Source: Actinomycetota bacterium (lineage in GTDB: Bacteria; Actinomycetota; Actinomycetes; S36-B12; UBA5976). Taken from it: a DNA stretch of 33,750 nt. Position numbers and translations under genes: made by a program. A model generated the notes under the pieces. That model was not told the DNA's origin. It did not search any database and saw nothing but the letters and a program-made list of their open reading frames with translations. Within the stretch, counting starts at the first letter, position 1; every line of letters starts with the position of its first letter. Positions 16,678 through 26,578 of this stretch are shown here, piece after piece. The DNA is taken from assembly GCA_009923375.1 (NCBI GenBank), contig RFTO01000002.1, forward strand, positions 1-33,750, read 5' to 3'.

Positions 16678-18626
16678 ATCCGCACTCGTTGGTCGGGCTC
16701 AAGCCACAGTGCGTCCCCTGTTTCAACTGCAAATGCCTCATAGAACGACGGCACATTGCGGACAATCGCATTACAACGGAATTCCGCCGGCGAGTGAGGG
16801 TCGCTCTGCAAGCGACGCGAGGCCTCTTGTGGGCGAATCGCTGTGGCCCAGACCTGCGCCCACCCGAAGAAGAAGCGCTGATCCGCACTCAACCCATCGA
16901 GCGCCGGTCCTTGCTCGCCGCCGCGGGCCAAGTCGTAGGCAACATAAGCGATGGACAAGCCACCGAGGTCACCGATGTTCTCACCGACGGTCAGAGCACC
17001 GTTCACGGTGCTGCCTGGTGTTTCCGCCGGCTCCAGCACGTTGTACTGATCGATGAGCATCTGCACGCGCTTGTTGAACTCGGTGCGGTCGTCCTCGGTC
17101 CACCAGTCCTTCAAGTTGCCGTCGCCGTCGTAGCGGGAACCTTGGTCGTCGAATCCGTGGCCGATCTCGTGACCGATGACCGCGCCGATGCCGCCGTAGT
17201 TCACAGCGTCGTCGGCATCCATGTCGAAGAACGGCGGCTGCAAGATCGCTGCGGGGAACACGATCTCGTTCATCCCCGGGCTGTAATACGCGTTGACGGT
17301 CTGCGGGGTCATCATCCACTCGCTGCGGTCCAGAGGCTGTCCGACCTTGGCGAACTGGCGCTCGGTCTCAACGCGGCCGGCATTCCTGATGTTGGCCATG
17401 AGGTCGCCGTCGGTGATCGTCAGCGCGGAGTAATCGCGCCACTTGTCGGGGTAGCCGATCTTCGGCGTGAACTTCGAGAGCTTCTCCAGCGCCCGCACCT
17501 TGGTCTCGTCGGTCATCCAGTCGAGGGTCTTGATCTGCTTCTCGTATGCAGCGATCAGATTGGCCACCAAAGTGACCATCCGGTCTTTCGCTGCCGGCGG
17601 GAAGTGACGATCCACATACAACTTGCCGGCGGCTTCGCCGAGGAGCCCTTCCACCAGCGAGATCCCACGCTTCCAGCGGTCGCGTATCTGCGGCTGACCA
17701 GTGAGAGTGTTACCGAAGAAATCGAAGCTCGCATTGACGAATTCACTCGAGAGATACGCCGATGCATCACGGACGATGTTCCAGGTGAGCCAATCGCGCA
17801 ACGTCTGCGCATCTGCGCCCGCGAGCACCTCAGAGAGTCCATGGAAGTAATCCATTTCTCGCACCACCAGAGTTGCCAAAGCGGCTTCCGGCACCCGAGC
17901 GGCGGTTCGCCACGTGTCCACATCAAAGCCGGACAGGAGGGTGCGGAACTCATCCCATCCATGCTTGTTGTAATTCGCGACCGCATCGCGACGCTTCACG
18001 TTGTCGATGTGTTTGGCGGCGAGCGCGGTTTCAAACGCCATGACGCGCTCAGCAGCCTCCTGCGCGTCAGCGTGCCCGACTAGCGAAAGCGTGCGAGTGA
18101 CATGGGCGACGTACTGGTCGCGCAGCTCTGCGTGCTGCTCCTCGCGGTAGTAACTCTCATCCGGAAGTCCGAGGCCGTCCTGGTGTAGATAAGCGATCGC
18201 GGTGGTCGGGTCTCCGTAATCAGCGGTGATCCACATGCCGATCAAGCCGCTTGCGCCGCGATACTCCAGCTCGCCGAGCACTCGGGCGAATGAGGCGAGA
18301 TCGGTGACGTCGTTGACCAGCGCAAGATCGTCTGCAATGGGGGAGTAGCCGAGAGCCTCGATGGCCTCCTCGTTCATGAAGCTGCGGTAGAGATCGCCGA
18401 TTCGCTGGCCGTCGGTGCCCGCGGGAGCGTTGCTCGCTGCGGCCTCCTCCACGATGTCGCGGATATTCACCTCGGAGAGGTCACGCAGGGCATGGAAGGC
18501 GCCATCGATGGCGCGATCATCAGGGATGACCGCATCGGAAAGCCATGCTCCGTTGACGTGGCGATATAAATCGTCCTGTGGCCGCACGGACTGCGCCAGG
18601 TGGGTGAGGTTGATTCCACTCTTCAT
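16671..18626 (-). CDS. pepO: M13 family zinc metallopeptidase (PepO/endothelin-converting-enzyme-like)
   Basis: HEIGHGFD (HExxH) and ENIGDLGG motifs, 651 aa, no signal peptide. The 473-aa + strand ORF at 16662-18083 is antisense to it. Confidence 0.9.
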   Translation of the reverse strand: MKSGINLTHLAQSVRPQDDLYRHVNGAWLSDAVIPDDRAIDGAFHALRDLSEVNIRDIVEEAAASNAPAGTDGQRIGDLYRSFMNEEAIEALGYSPIADDLALVNDVTDLASFARVLGELEYRGASGLIGMWITADYGDPTTAIAYLHQDGLGLPDESYYREEQHAELRDQYVAHVTRTLSLVGHADAQEAAERVMAFETALAAKHIDNVKRRDAVANYNKHGWDEFRTLLSGFDVDTWRTAARVPEAALATLVVREMDYFHGLSEVLAGADAQTLRDWLTWNIVRDASAYLSSEFVNASFDFFGNTLTGQPQIRDRWKRGISLVEGLLGEAAGKLYVDRHFPPAAKDRMVTLVANLIAAYEKQIKTLDWMTDETKVRALEKLSKFTPKIGYPDKWRDYSALTITDGDLMANIRNAGRVETERQFAKVGQPLDRSEWMMTPQTVNAYYSPGMNEIVFPAAILQPPFFDMDADDAVNYGGIGAVIGHEIGHGFDDQGSRYDGDGNLKDWWTEDDRTEFNKRVQMLIDQYNVLEPAETPGSTVNGALTVGENIGDLGGLSIAYVAYDLARGGEQGPALDGLSADQRFFFGWAQVWATAIRPQEASRRLQSDPHSPAEFRCNAIVRNVPSFYEAFAVETGDALWLEPDQRVRIW

Positions 18627-18774
18627 GTTCGTGTCTCCGATGCTTGCGTGTGTCTGGGTTCGATCAACTACTTGGATTGAGATGGAGCCTAACTAGGCCC
18701 GCCGTGCGTCAAAGTCTGCAACACGGGCATCCTGCGCGCAGAGCGCAGGAGAGCCCCGCGGGAGGAGAGCAATC

Positions 18775-20037
18775 ATGAAGACCCTCAACGTGATGCGTGT
18801 GACAGCGTCAGCGGCTGCTGCCATCGGCTTGTTCTTGCCTCCTGCGGTGGTGCCGTCCTACGCGACGGGCGACACCGTGGTTCTCAATGCCGCCGGCGGA
18901 GTTACCGCCGCAGACGGGTTGAAGGTCCAGGCCGCTGGTGGCGTCGTTCAAATCACCCGTGCGGGTCAAGCGCAGGTGATGAATGGTGCAACGTCCCCAG
19001 CCGGAGGTTTCGTGCCGGCAGAGTTGTTGCAGAACACCTTCTTGGTGCTGGCGACCACTCCCGTCGCAACAGTGATTGGCTTGAACACAAAGCTGACTGC
19101 CCCTGGGATGCTGATTTGGGACTCCGCTGTCACGAGCGTGTCGACCGCTGATGGCAAGAGTGGAACGGTCACCAGTGTGATGACCAAGGACCTCGATGGC
19201 AATCGGGCAACCGCTAACGATGTTTACACAGTGACCTGGGCGCTTCAAGTCGCACAGTCGAGTCCGACGCTCATGTCCACTTTCAACGTAACAATGCCAA
19301 GTGGGTCAAATGGATCGCCTAAAGCACGTCTTTACTGGGCCACGACGCCTGACTTGGCGAACGGTCACGATGTGATGACAAGCTTCGGCGCAGTCAAGAC
19401 AAGCAACCCCAATGTCGTGTTGACCGCTGTGACTCCAACGGTCACAGATGCCCGCGATCCCCTGGCGTCCGCGGTTCGAACTGCGCAAGCAGTGCATCAG
19501 GTCGTCGGCGCAACCAAGTTCCGTTGGTTCATCGGTTCCACCTACTGCCTGGCGGAGGACTGCATTCCGACCACGGATGATTCGCGGTACGGCGCACCTG
19601 CCGATAAGGAGGGCAACGCCGGCGGTTGGGTCATGCGAGGAGCTGACCTTCCCAACTGGGCGAACACCTTCACGGTTTCGGCCGACGGGGTCGGTGTCGA
19701 CAACGCACTGGCGATCCAGTTCCCCGCCGCCACCGCCTCGGCTCGTTTCCAGAATCAGTGGACAATCACGAGCATGACCGGAATGACAACCGTGCTCGAC
19801 AAGTTGAAGCGTGTCGTTCCGACGTACAAAGCCTCGCCAAAGGCTCTGAAGGTCGGCAAGAGCGCGGTGCTGGTGACGAAGGCCGGGTTCCCTGCAGCCA
19901 CTCTCGTGAGCACCACGGCGAAGACATGCACTGTGAGCGGTGTCAAGGTGGTTGCCAAGGCAAAGGGTGCCTGCGCGGTGAAGGCCATGGTCGAGGGCTC
20001 GGTTGCCAAGACCATCACGCTGACGATCACGCGCTAA
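18775..20037 (+). CDS. Secreted protein of unknown function (420 aa)
   Basis: Strong GGGAGGAG RBS. Signal peptide MKTLNVMRVTASAAAAIGLFLPPAVVPSYATG. The composition is T/A/V/G-rich, as in secreted proteins. The C-terminal ~70 aa look like an Ig-like beta domain (KVGKSAVLVTKAGFPAATLVSTTAKTCTVSGVKVVAKAKGACAVKA). The antisense 281-aa ORF is Arg-rich and treated as spurious. Confidence 0.65.
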   Translation: MKTLNVMRVTASAAAAIGLFLPPAVVPSYATGDTVVLNAAGGVTAADGLKVQAAGGVVQITRAGQAQVMNGATSPAGGFVPAELLQNTFLVLATTPVATVIGLNTKLTAPGMLIWDSAVTSVSTADGKSGTVTSVMTKDLDGNRATANDVYTVTWALQVAQSSPTLMSTFNVTMPSGSNGSPKARLYWATTPDLANGHDVMTSFGAVKTSNPNVVLTAVTPTVTDARDPLASAVRTAQAVHQVVGATKFRWFIGSTYCLAEDCIPTTDDSRYGAPADKEGNAGGWVMRGADLPNWANTFTVSADGVGVDNALAIQFPAATASARFQNQWTITSMTGMTTVLDKLKRVVPTYKASPKALKVGKSAVLVTKAGFPAATLVSTTAKTCTVSGVKVVAKAKGACAVKAMVEGSVAKTITLTITR

Positions 20038-20085
20038 CAGGGTGGAGCACTGCGCCTTCTGACACGTGGGCGTAGAGTCACGGAG

Positions 20086-21356
20086 ATGCCGTCGCTGCCA
20101 GTCTCGAGATTGATCTCGGGGCCGGCGACGACATTCCGTTCGCTGAAGCAACGCAACTACCGCTTGTGGTGGTCCGGTTCGGTTCTCTCAAACATCGGCA
20201 CCTGGGTGCAACGCATCGCTCAAGACTGGTTGGTCCTGGAACTCACACACAATTCAGGCACAGCACTGGGGTTGGTGACAGCCCTGCAATTCGGTCCGTC
20301 GTTGCTCTTCAGTGTCTTCGGTGGCGCGATGGCCGATCGAGCCAATCGCCGAGTGGTCCTGTTCATCACCAATGCCACCGGTGCCCTTCTGTCGTTGATC
20401 CTCGGACTCCTGGTGCTCAACGGCAGTGCGCATATCTGGCATGTGTACCTCATCAGCGCTCTCGCAGGCGCTGTCTGGGCATTCGATGTGCCCTCGCGTC
20501 AAGCATTCGTGAATGAGCTCGTTCCCGCTGACAACATGCCCAATGCGGTGGCACTGAATGCGATGAGCTTCAACCTCGGCCGGCGGTGTCTGGTTACCTC
20601 ATCCAAGGATTCGGAACCGGGCCGAGCTTCCTCATCAACGCAGCGTCATTCATCCCGTTCCTTGTGTCACTGACATTGATTCGCACCGGCGAGCTGCATC
20701 ACCAAACCAAAGCCACCGACCACAGCGAGCCGATGTGGCAACGCACCCGTGCGGGCTTCACATATGTGCGCAGTCGCGGAAGTTTGTTGCGCTTATTCGT
20801 CATCGTCGCAGTTGTCGGTTCGCTTGGAATGAACTACCAAGTGTGGATGGCTTTGATGGCTAAACACGAATTCCACCGCAATGCGGGTTCCTTCGGGTTG
20901 CTCGGTTCTGCCATGGCGATCGGCTCGGTGACCGGAGCTGTGCTCGCCGCCCGCCGTCGGCGTAAGCCGGATCTCGACTGGGTACTGAACCTTGCCGTTG
21001 TATTCGCAGCTGTGCTGGGAATCTCTGCCTGTGCTCCGAGTTATGCCGTCTACGCCTTCGTGCTCCCCTTCTGCGGGATGATCGCCATCACGCTGCTCAC
21101 CAGCGCAAATGCAACGATGCAGTTGAGCACCGATGAAGGCATGCGTGGCCGCGTGGCTGGGATTTACTTCATGGTGTTCACAGGTGGTTCACCAATCGGG
21201 GCTCCTTTGGTCGGTTGGGTGGCAGAGCATTTCGGCACGCGCTGGTCGATGGCTATGGCCGCGATTGCGGTACTAGCCACTGCGTTGATCTTGCGCGCGG
21301 GTCGGCGAGCAGATGTCGCTGCAGCAGAGATCGCCGCTGCAGTTCCGATTGTGTGA
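20086..21356 (+). pseudogene. MFS transporter (MFS_3/EntS-like) interrupted by a single-nucleotide frameshift near 20578-20586
   Basis: ORFs 20086-20673 and 20586-21356 together read as one 12-TM MFS protein. The sense reading ...NAMSFNLGR switches frame to ...AVSGYLIQGFGTGPSFLINAASF within the run ggccggcgg. After the junction, ORF1 gives RRCLVTSSKDSEPGRASSS, which is not membrane-like. Confidence 0.55.
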
Positions 21357-21375
21357 TTTGTGCGAGGCTTAAGTC

Positions 21376-21825
21376 ATGGGAGTGGATGAGGAGTTCGCGC
21401 AACGCGGCTTCGCGATGTCCGGCCAGGACATCAATTACCGCTGGTGGCAGAAAGCGCTCGGCGGGGTCGTGGGGGCTGGGCTCGGTTGGGATTACCTCTT
21501 CTCCGCATGGCAAGGTCGATTGACACGCGAGGGTTTCGACCTATGGCTGCCTTATGCAGCAGTTGCTGTGGGCGTCTTCATCTTCCCGCGCTCCATCAGG
21601 TTCACCATGCAGCTGCTGGCGGCATTAAGTCCAGTGGCAATTGTCATAAGCCTCATCCGTGACACATTGCAGGCAGCAATCTGGGCGGCAGCCGTCGGAG
21701 TGGGGTGCTACGTCGTATCTCGTGTGATTCCGTGGTTTCGGCCAGAGCCATTTGCTTACAAATGGCCAGAGAAGTCACAGGTGAAGGATTTCCTCGATGA
21801 CCGGGAGCCGCCGCAAGGGCAATGA
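21376..21825 (+). CDS. Small predicted membrane protein, unknown function
   Basis: 149 aa with about three hydrophobic segments (GGVVGAGLGW, LPYAAVAVGVFIF, AAIWAAAVGVGCYVV) and GAGG upstream of the start. I recognise no family. Confidence 0.45.
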   Translation: MGVDEEFAQRGFAMSGQDINYRWWQKALGGVVGAGLGWDYLFSAWQGRLTREGFDLWLPYAAVAVGVFIFPRSIRFTMQLLAALSPVAIVISLIRDTLQAAIWAAAVGVGCYVVSRVIPWFRPEPFAYKWPEKSQVKDFLDDREPPQGQ

Positions 21826-21960
21826 CGAGCCAAGGTCGATGTCTCACCCCCATTTCTGTTGCGTCGGTCTCATCTTTATGTCTCGACGGGCGTTGCCGTC
21901 GCTATTACATCGGGGTCGTGGGAGCATCTGCGCTGGTAACAACTGTCAAGGGGAGGGTCG

Positions 21961-23574
21961 ATGACCGCGGAAGTGCTGTCTACCAGCGTCGATGTACGCA
22001 GCGAAGCCGCGCGCATCAATCGGGCCGCGCACTTAGCGTTGGTTGCCGATCTAGGCGCTCGTCTGGCACGTGCTGCTCTCGGCGGCTCCGAATCTGCTCG
22101 AGCCAAGCACACAGCCCGTGGCAAGTTGCTCACTCGCGACCACATCGATTCACTACTCGACCCCGGCTCGCCATTTCTGGAATTGAATCCCCTTGCCGCC
22201 GAGGAGATGTACGAAGGACAGTCGCCAGCAGCGGGAATCGTCACGGGCATCGGCCTCGTCAACGGCCGCCCTGTTGTGGTGGTTGCTAACGATGCGACGG
22301 TCAAGGGCGGCACTTACTTCCCGATGACTGTGAAGAAGCACCTGCGGGCACAAGAGGTGGCGCTGACCGATCGCTTACCTTGCGTTTACCTCGTGGACTC
22401 CGGCGGAGCATTTCTCCCGATGCAAGATGAGGTGTTTCCCGACCGCGAGCACTTCGGCCGCATCTTCTACAACCAGGCGAACATGAGTAGTCGGGGCATC
22501 GCACAGATCGCTGCAGTCCTCGGTTCGTGCACCGCTGGTGGCGCGTATGTGCCAGCCATGAGCGATCAAGCAGTGATTGTGCGCAATCAAGGAACGATTT
22601 TTCTCGGCGGTCCGCCATTGGTAAAGGCCGCGACTGGCGAGGTTGTGACGCCGGAGGATCTCGGCGGCGGAGATGTACACGCGCGGATCTCAGGTGTGGT
22701 TGATCATCTCGCCGACGACGATGCACATGCTTTAGCCACGGTCCGCGAGATCGTCGGAACGCTCCCGTTGCAGCCTGCGCCGGTGTGGGAAGTGCGACCG
22801 AGTGTTGAGCCGTTGTACTCCGCGGATGAATTACTCGATTCGGTGCCAGTGGATTCGCGAACCAGTTACGATGTGCGCGAGGTCATCGCCCGGATTGTGG
22901 ATGGCAGCGAGTTCCTGGAATTCAAAGCAGAGTGGGGCGAGACGCTGGTCTGTGGTTGGGCGCATATCGACGGCCATCCAGTTGGGATCATCGCCAATAA
23001 CGGCGTGCTGTTCAGCGAGTCAGCGTTGAAGGGCGCCCACTTCATTGAGTTGTGCGACCAGCGGGGGATTGCGTTGGTGTTCCTGCAGAACATCAGCGGC
23101 TTCATGGTTGGGCGCGAATATGAGAACGGCGGCATCGCCAAGCACGGGGCCAAGATGGTGACGGCGGTTGCGACAACGCGAGTCCCGAAATTCACTGTTG
23201 TTATCGGTGGCTCCTTCGGCGCCGGCAACTACTCCATGTGTGGCCGCGCATACTCACCCCGCTTCCTTTGGATGTGGCCGAATGCGCGCATCTCGGTGAT
23301 GGGTGGCGAGCAGGCCGCGTCGGTGCTGGCAACTGTGCGCAAGGATCAACTTGCCGGCGAGAATGTGCAATGGCCGGCTGCGGATGAGGAAGCGTTCAAA
23401 GCGCCAATTCGCGAGCAGTACGAGAAGCAGGGCTCACCTTGGTATTCCACAGCGCGTCTGTGGGATGACGGCATCATCGATCCTCGCGACACGAGGCGCA
23501 TCCTCGCCCTTGCACTCGGGGTGGCCGCGTCCACGCCGATGGATCCGCCTGCTGCTGCGCTCTACCGGATGTGA
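21961..23574 (+). CDS. liuB: Methylcrotonyl-CoA carboxylase beta subunit (carboxyltransferase)
   Basis: [51 protein letters not shown] and [11 protein letters not shown] are typical MCCase-beta strings. GGGGAGGG RBS. The context includes IVD and HMG-CoA lyase. Confidence 0.85.
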   Translation: MTAEVLSTSVDVRSEAARINRAAHLALVADLGARLARAALGGSESARAKHTARGKLLTRDHIDSLLDPGSPFLELNPLAAEEMYEGQSPAAGIVTGIGLVNGRPVVVVANDATVKGGTYFPMTVKKHLRAQEVALTDRLPCVYLVDSGGAFLPMQDEVFPDREHFGRIFYNQANMSSRGIAQIAAVLGSCTAGGAYVPAMSDQAVIVRNQGTIFLGGPPLVKAATGEVVTPEDLGGGDVHARISGVVDHLADDDAHALATVREIVGTLPLQPAPVWEVRPSVEPLYSADELLDSVPVDSRTSYDVREVIARIVDGSEFLEFKAEWGETLVCGWAHIDGHPVGIIANNGVLFSESALKGAHFIELCDQRGIALVFLQNISGFMVGREYENGGIAKHGAKMVTAVATTRVPKFTVVIGGSFGAGNYSMCGRAYSPRFLWMWPNARISVMGGEQAASVLATVRKDQLAGENVQWPAADEEAFKAPIREQYEKQGSPWYSTARLWDDGIIDPRDTRRILALALGVAASTPMDPPAAALYRM

Positions 23575-25595
23575 TGGCGGTGCAGCTTTCGTCAGTTCTG
23601 GTCGCCAATCGCGGTGAGATTGCTGTGCGCATCATGCGTACTTTGGCGGCGCTAGATGTGAACGCTGTTGCGGTATACAGCCGTGCCGATGCCGGGTCAC
23701 TGCATGTGCGTACAGCACAGATTGCCGTTGCCTTAGAAAGTGTCGCGGAGCTGACAGATGCAACTGGGGGATATCTCAGCATCCGCGCGCTGATCGACAT
23801 CGCATTGGCCAATGGCTGCGATGCCGTGCACCCCGGTTATGGATTCCTTGCGGAGAACGCCGACTTCGCGCGCGCATGCGCAGCCGCTGGGTTGGTCTTC
23901 ATCGGCCCGGGTGCAGATGCCATCGAAGCACTCGGCGATAAATCAGCAGCCCGCGAAGTTGCAACCCGCGCAGGCGTGCCTGTGGTGCCGGGTGCGCAAG
24001 TGGAAGCCGATGCCGCAGCGACCGAGGTGGCCAGCGGAATCGGCTATCCCGTCTTGGTTAAACCCGTGGCTGGCGGCGGCGGCAAGGGAATGCATGTTGC
24101 CGCTGATGGGCAGGAGTTGATTGCGGTATTGCCTCGTGCACGACGGGAGGCTGCCGCTGCATTTGGCGATGACCGCCTGATCATCGAGAGGTATCTCCCT
24201 CGCGCGCGCCATATCGAGGTGCAGGTGCTCGCCGACGCCTTCGGTGATGTGCGGGCTGTTGGAGATCGCGAATGCACGATGCAGCGTCGCCACCAGAAGG
24301 TGATTGAGGAAGCGCCAGCACCGAATTTGCCTGACGCAGTGCGCGAGGCAATTCACTCGGCCGCCGTCGCGGTAGTGCGCGAGGTCGGCTATCTCAACGC
24401 CGGCACGGTCGAGTTCGTCGTCTCAGCCGAAGACTCAACCGAGTTCTACTTCCTCGAGGTGAACACACGTCTGCAGGTGGAGCACCCCGTCACCGAAGAG
24501 GTGCTCGGGATCGACCTTGTGACGTGCCAATTGCGTATCGCCGAGGGTGCCAGCTTGGCATCGCTGGAAATCCCCGAGCAGACGCACGGCCACGCCTTCG
24601 AGGCGCGGGTCTACGCCGAAGACGCCGATCGTGGTTTCCTGCCAACCGGTGGACGCATCGCGCACTGGCGAGTGCCGGCGCTGTCCGGTTTGCGAGTGGA
24701 TGCCGCAGTGGCATCGGGTGATGTGGTGGGAAGCGCTTATGACCCCATGATTGCGAAAGTAATCGTGCATGCCGAGACGCGAGAGCAAGCACGACGTGCA
24801 TTAGTGAACGCTTTGAAGGACACAGCTGTTCTCGGCGTTGTCACCAACACCGCCTTCCTCGTGGACTTACTGGAGACCGACGAAGTGGCTTCGGCGCAGA
24901 TGGACACCAGGTTTATCGAGCGATTCGTCGAGTCGCGCACTCTGGCAACCCCGACCACATTGCAGATTGCACTTTGGGCCGCGACACGAGCGAGTGCCGC
25001 AGAAGTCGCTTCGCTGTTACGGCCACTATCGCCGGCATGGAAGAGCGCTGATTCATGGCGACTTACAGGGGCGGGTAAGCAATTGTGGCGTGGCTCGATT
25101 GAGGGAACTGCCGTAACCGCACACACCCACCACACAAGCGAGGGTTTGATGGTCTCGGTTGTCCATGATGAGGTGCAAGATCAACATCTGGTGGCGCAGA
25201 CCCATGAATCCGATGGTCACTTCACTGCCACCGTGGATGGTGAGAGCGTGTCTTGGGATGCCGCGCGTGCATCAGACTCCGATGGCGAACACTGGTGGCT
25301 GAGCATGCGCGGATACTCGTGGGTGATTGATTCCCGTCAGCAGCTGCGCGCGGCGAGGGTTGCCGGCAGCCAGGATCCGCAGGTGCGCAGTCCGATGCCG
25401 GGCACTGTCGTACGCATCGACGTCGCCGTGGGCGATAGCGTGGAGGCAGGACAGCAGCTGATTGGTGTGGAGGCGATGAAGATGGAGCACGCGCTCGTTG
25501 CTCCGCATGCCGGCACAGTGACCGAGGTGACGTGCCAGGTTGGCGCGCATGTGAAACTGCGCGAAGTCCTCATCACAGTGGAGCCGAGTACATGA
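23571..25595 (+). CDS. liuD: Methylcrotonyl-CoA carboxylase alpha subunit (biotin carboxylase plus biotin carboxyl carrier domain)
   Basis: ATP-grasp biotin carboxylase N-terminal two-thirds, with the C-terminal biotinylation motif EAMKMEH. It overlaps the upstream stop (GTGATG). Confidence 0.88.
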   Translation: MMAVQLSSVLVANRGEIAVRIMRTLAALDVNAVAVYSRADAGSLHVRTAQIAVALESVAELTDATGGYLSIRALIDIALANGCDAVHPGYGFLAENADFARACAAAGLVFIGPGADAIEALGDKSAAREVATRAGVPVVPGAQVEADAAATEVASGIGYPVLVKPVAGGGGKGMHVAADGQELIAVLPRARREAAAAFGDDRLIIERYLPRARHIEVQVLADAFGDVRAVGDRECTMQRRHQKVIEEAPAPNLPDAVREAIHSAAVAVVREVGYLNAGTVEFVVSAEDSTEFYFLEVNTRLQVEHPVTEEVLGIDLVTCQLRIAEGASLASLEIPEQTHGHAFEARVYAEDADRGFLPTGGRIAHWRVPALSGLRVDAAVASGDVVGSAYDPMIAKVIVHAETREQARRALVNALKDTAVLGVVTNTAFLVDLLETDEVASAQMDTRFIERFVESRTLATPTTLQIALWAATRASAAEVASLLRPLSPAWKSADSWRLTGAGKQLWRGSIEGTAVTAHTHHTSEGLMVSVVHDEVQDQHLVAQTHESDGHFTATVDGESVSWDAARASDSDGEHWWLSMRGYSWVIDSRQQLRAARVAGSQDPQVRSPMPGTVVRIDVAVGDSVEAGQQLIGVEAMKMEHALVAPHAGTVTEVTCQVGAHVKLREVLITVEPST

Positions 25596-26578
25596 GCGGC
25601 CAGCACTTCACCGAGCCTGCTGATTACGGAACAACTCCGCGCGATCCATCCATGCCGGAGTTCGTGACGGTCTATGAAGTCGGCGCCCGCGACGGCCTGC
25701 AGAACGAGAGCACCCTCGTGCCGGTGGATGTGAAGGTGGAGTTCATCCGCCGCCTGCTTGCCGCCGGACTTCCTGCGGTTGAGGCCACCAGCTTCGTACA
25801 CCCGCTCCGGGTGCCGCAGTTGGCAGATGCCGACGAGGTAGCCACTGCATTAAGCGACATTCTCCCCACTCATCGATTGCCGATGTTGGTGCCGAATGTG
25901 CGAGGGCTGGAGCGGGCGCTCGATGCCGGAGCACGGGAAATTGCGGTGTTTCTGAGCGCGACTGAATCTTTCGCGAAAGAGAACCTCGGCACTGATCTGG
26001 CGGGGCAGCGGGTGATGACCGAACAAGTGATCGCAGCATTGCCAGCAGCAATGTCGGTGCGGGGTTACGTCTCAATGTGTTGGGGAGATCCGTGGGAAGG
26101 TGCAGTTGCGCCTGCCGTCGTGGTGGAGTTGGTGCGTTACATGCTCGATCTGGGCATGCGCGAGGTTTCGCTCGGCGACACCATCGGCGTTGCATCGCCA
26201 ACTCGAGTTGAAGAATTACTCACCATGCTTGGTGGTGCAGGTGTGCCGATGAGCGCTCTTGCCGTCCACTTCCACGACACCTACGGGCAAGCATTGGCAA
26301 ACACAGTCGCAGCGTTGCGTTGTGGTGTGAGCATCGTGGATTCATCTGCTGGTGGGCTGGGCGGTTGTCCCTTCGCCCGTAGTGCCACCGGCAACCTCGC
26401 CACCGAGGATCTGGTGTGGATGCTAGATGGGATGGGTGTCCGTACCGGCGTGGATGTGCATGAGGTTATTCGCACATCTGCGTGGCTCAGCGCAGTGATG
26501 AAGCGCCCATTAGTCTCACGAACAGCCACTGCGCTCGCAGCGGCGATTGCCGAAGATGATGATCGACGGGAGCACTGA
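25592..26578 (+). CDS. liuE: Hydroxymethylglutaryl-CoA lyase
   Basis: YEVGARDGLQNES signature. The ATG at 25592 overlaps the upstream stop (ATGA). The track start at 25532 lies inside liuD. Confidence 0.88.
   Translation: MSGQHFTEPADYGTTPRDPSMPEFVTVYEVGARDGLQNESTLVPVDVKVEFIRRLLAAGLPAVEATSFVHPLRVPQLADADEVATALSDILPTHRLPMLVPNVRGLERALDAGAREIAVFLSATESFAKENLGTDLAGQRVMTEQVIAALPAAMSVRGYVSMCWGDPWEGAVAPAVVVELVRYMLDLGMREVSLGDTIGVASPTRVEELLTMLGGAGVPMSALAVHFHDTYGQALANTVAALRCGVSIVDSSAGGLGGCPFARSATGNLATEDLVWMLDGMGVRTGVDVHEVIRTSAWLSAVMKRPLVSRTATALAAAIAEDDDRREH

Noticed and set aside
16662-18083. 473-aa + strand ORF, one of the longest in the window.
   Set aside because: It lies entirely antisense to the M13 peptidase gene, whose HEIGH and ENIGDLGG motifs identify the true coding strand. 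The antisense translation is Arg/Val/Leu/Gly-rich with no recognisable domain. The same reasoning applies to 19306-20151(-), 6627-7391(+), 9791-10408(-), 13488-14024(-), 32463-33059(-) and similar ORFs.
25967-25980. Perfect 14-bp palindrome TCTTTCGCGAAAGA.
   Set aside because: It lies inside the HMG-CoA lyase coding sequence (encoding ESFAKEN). Its half-sites are the inverse arrangement of the LacI-type operator, and no other copy was seen. It is most likely chance.
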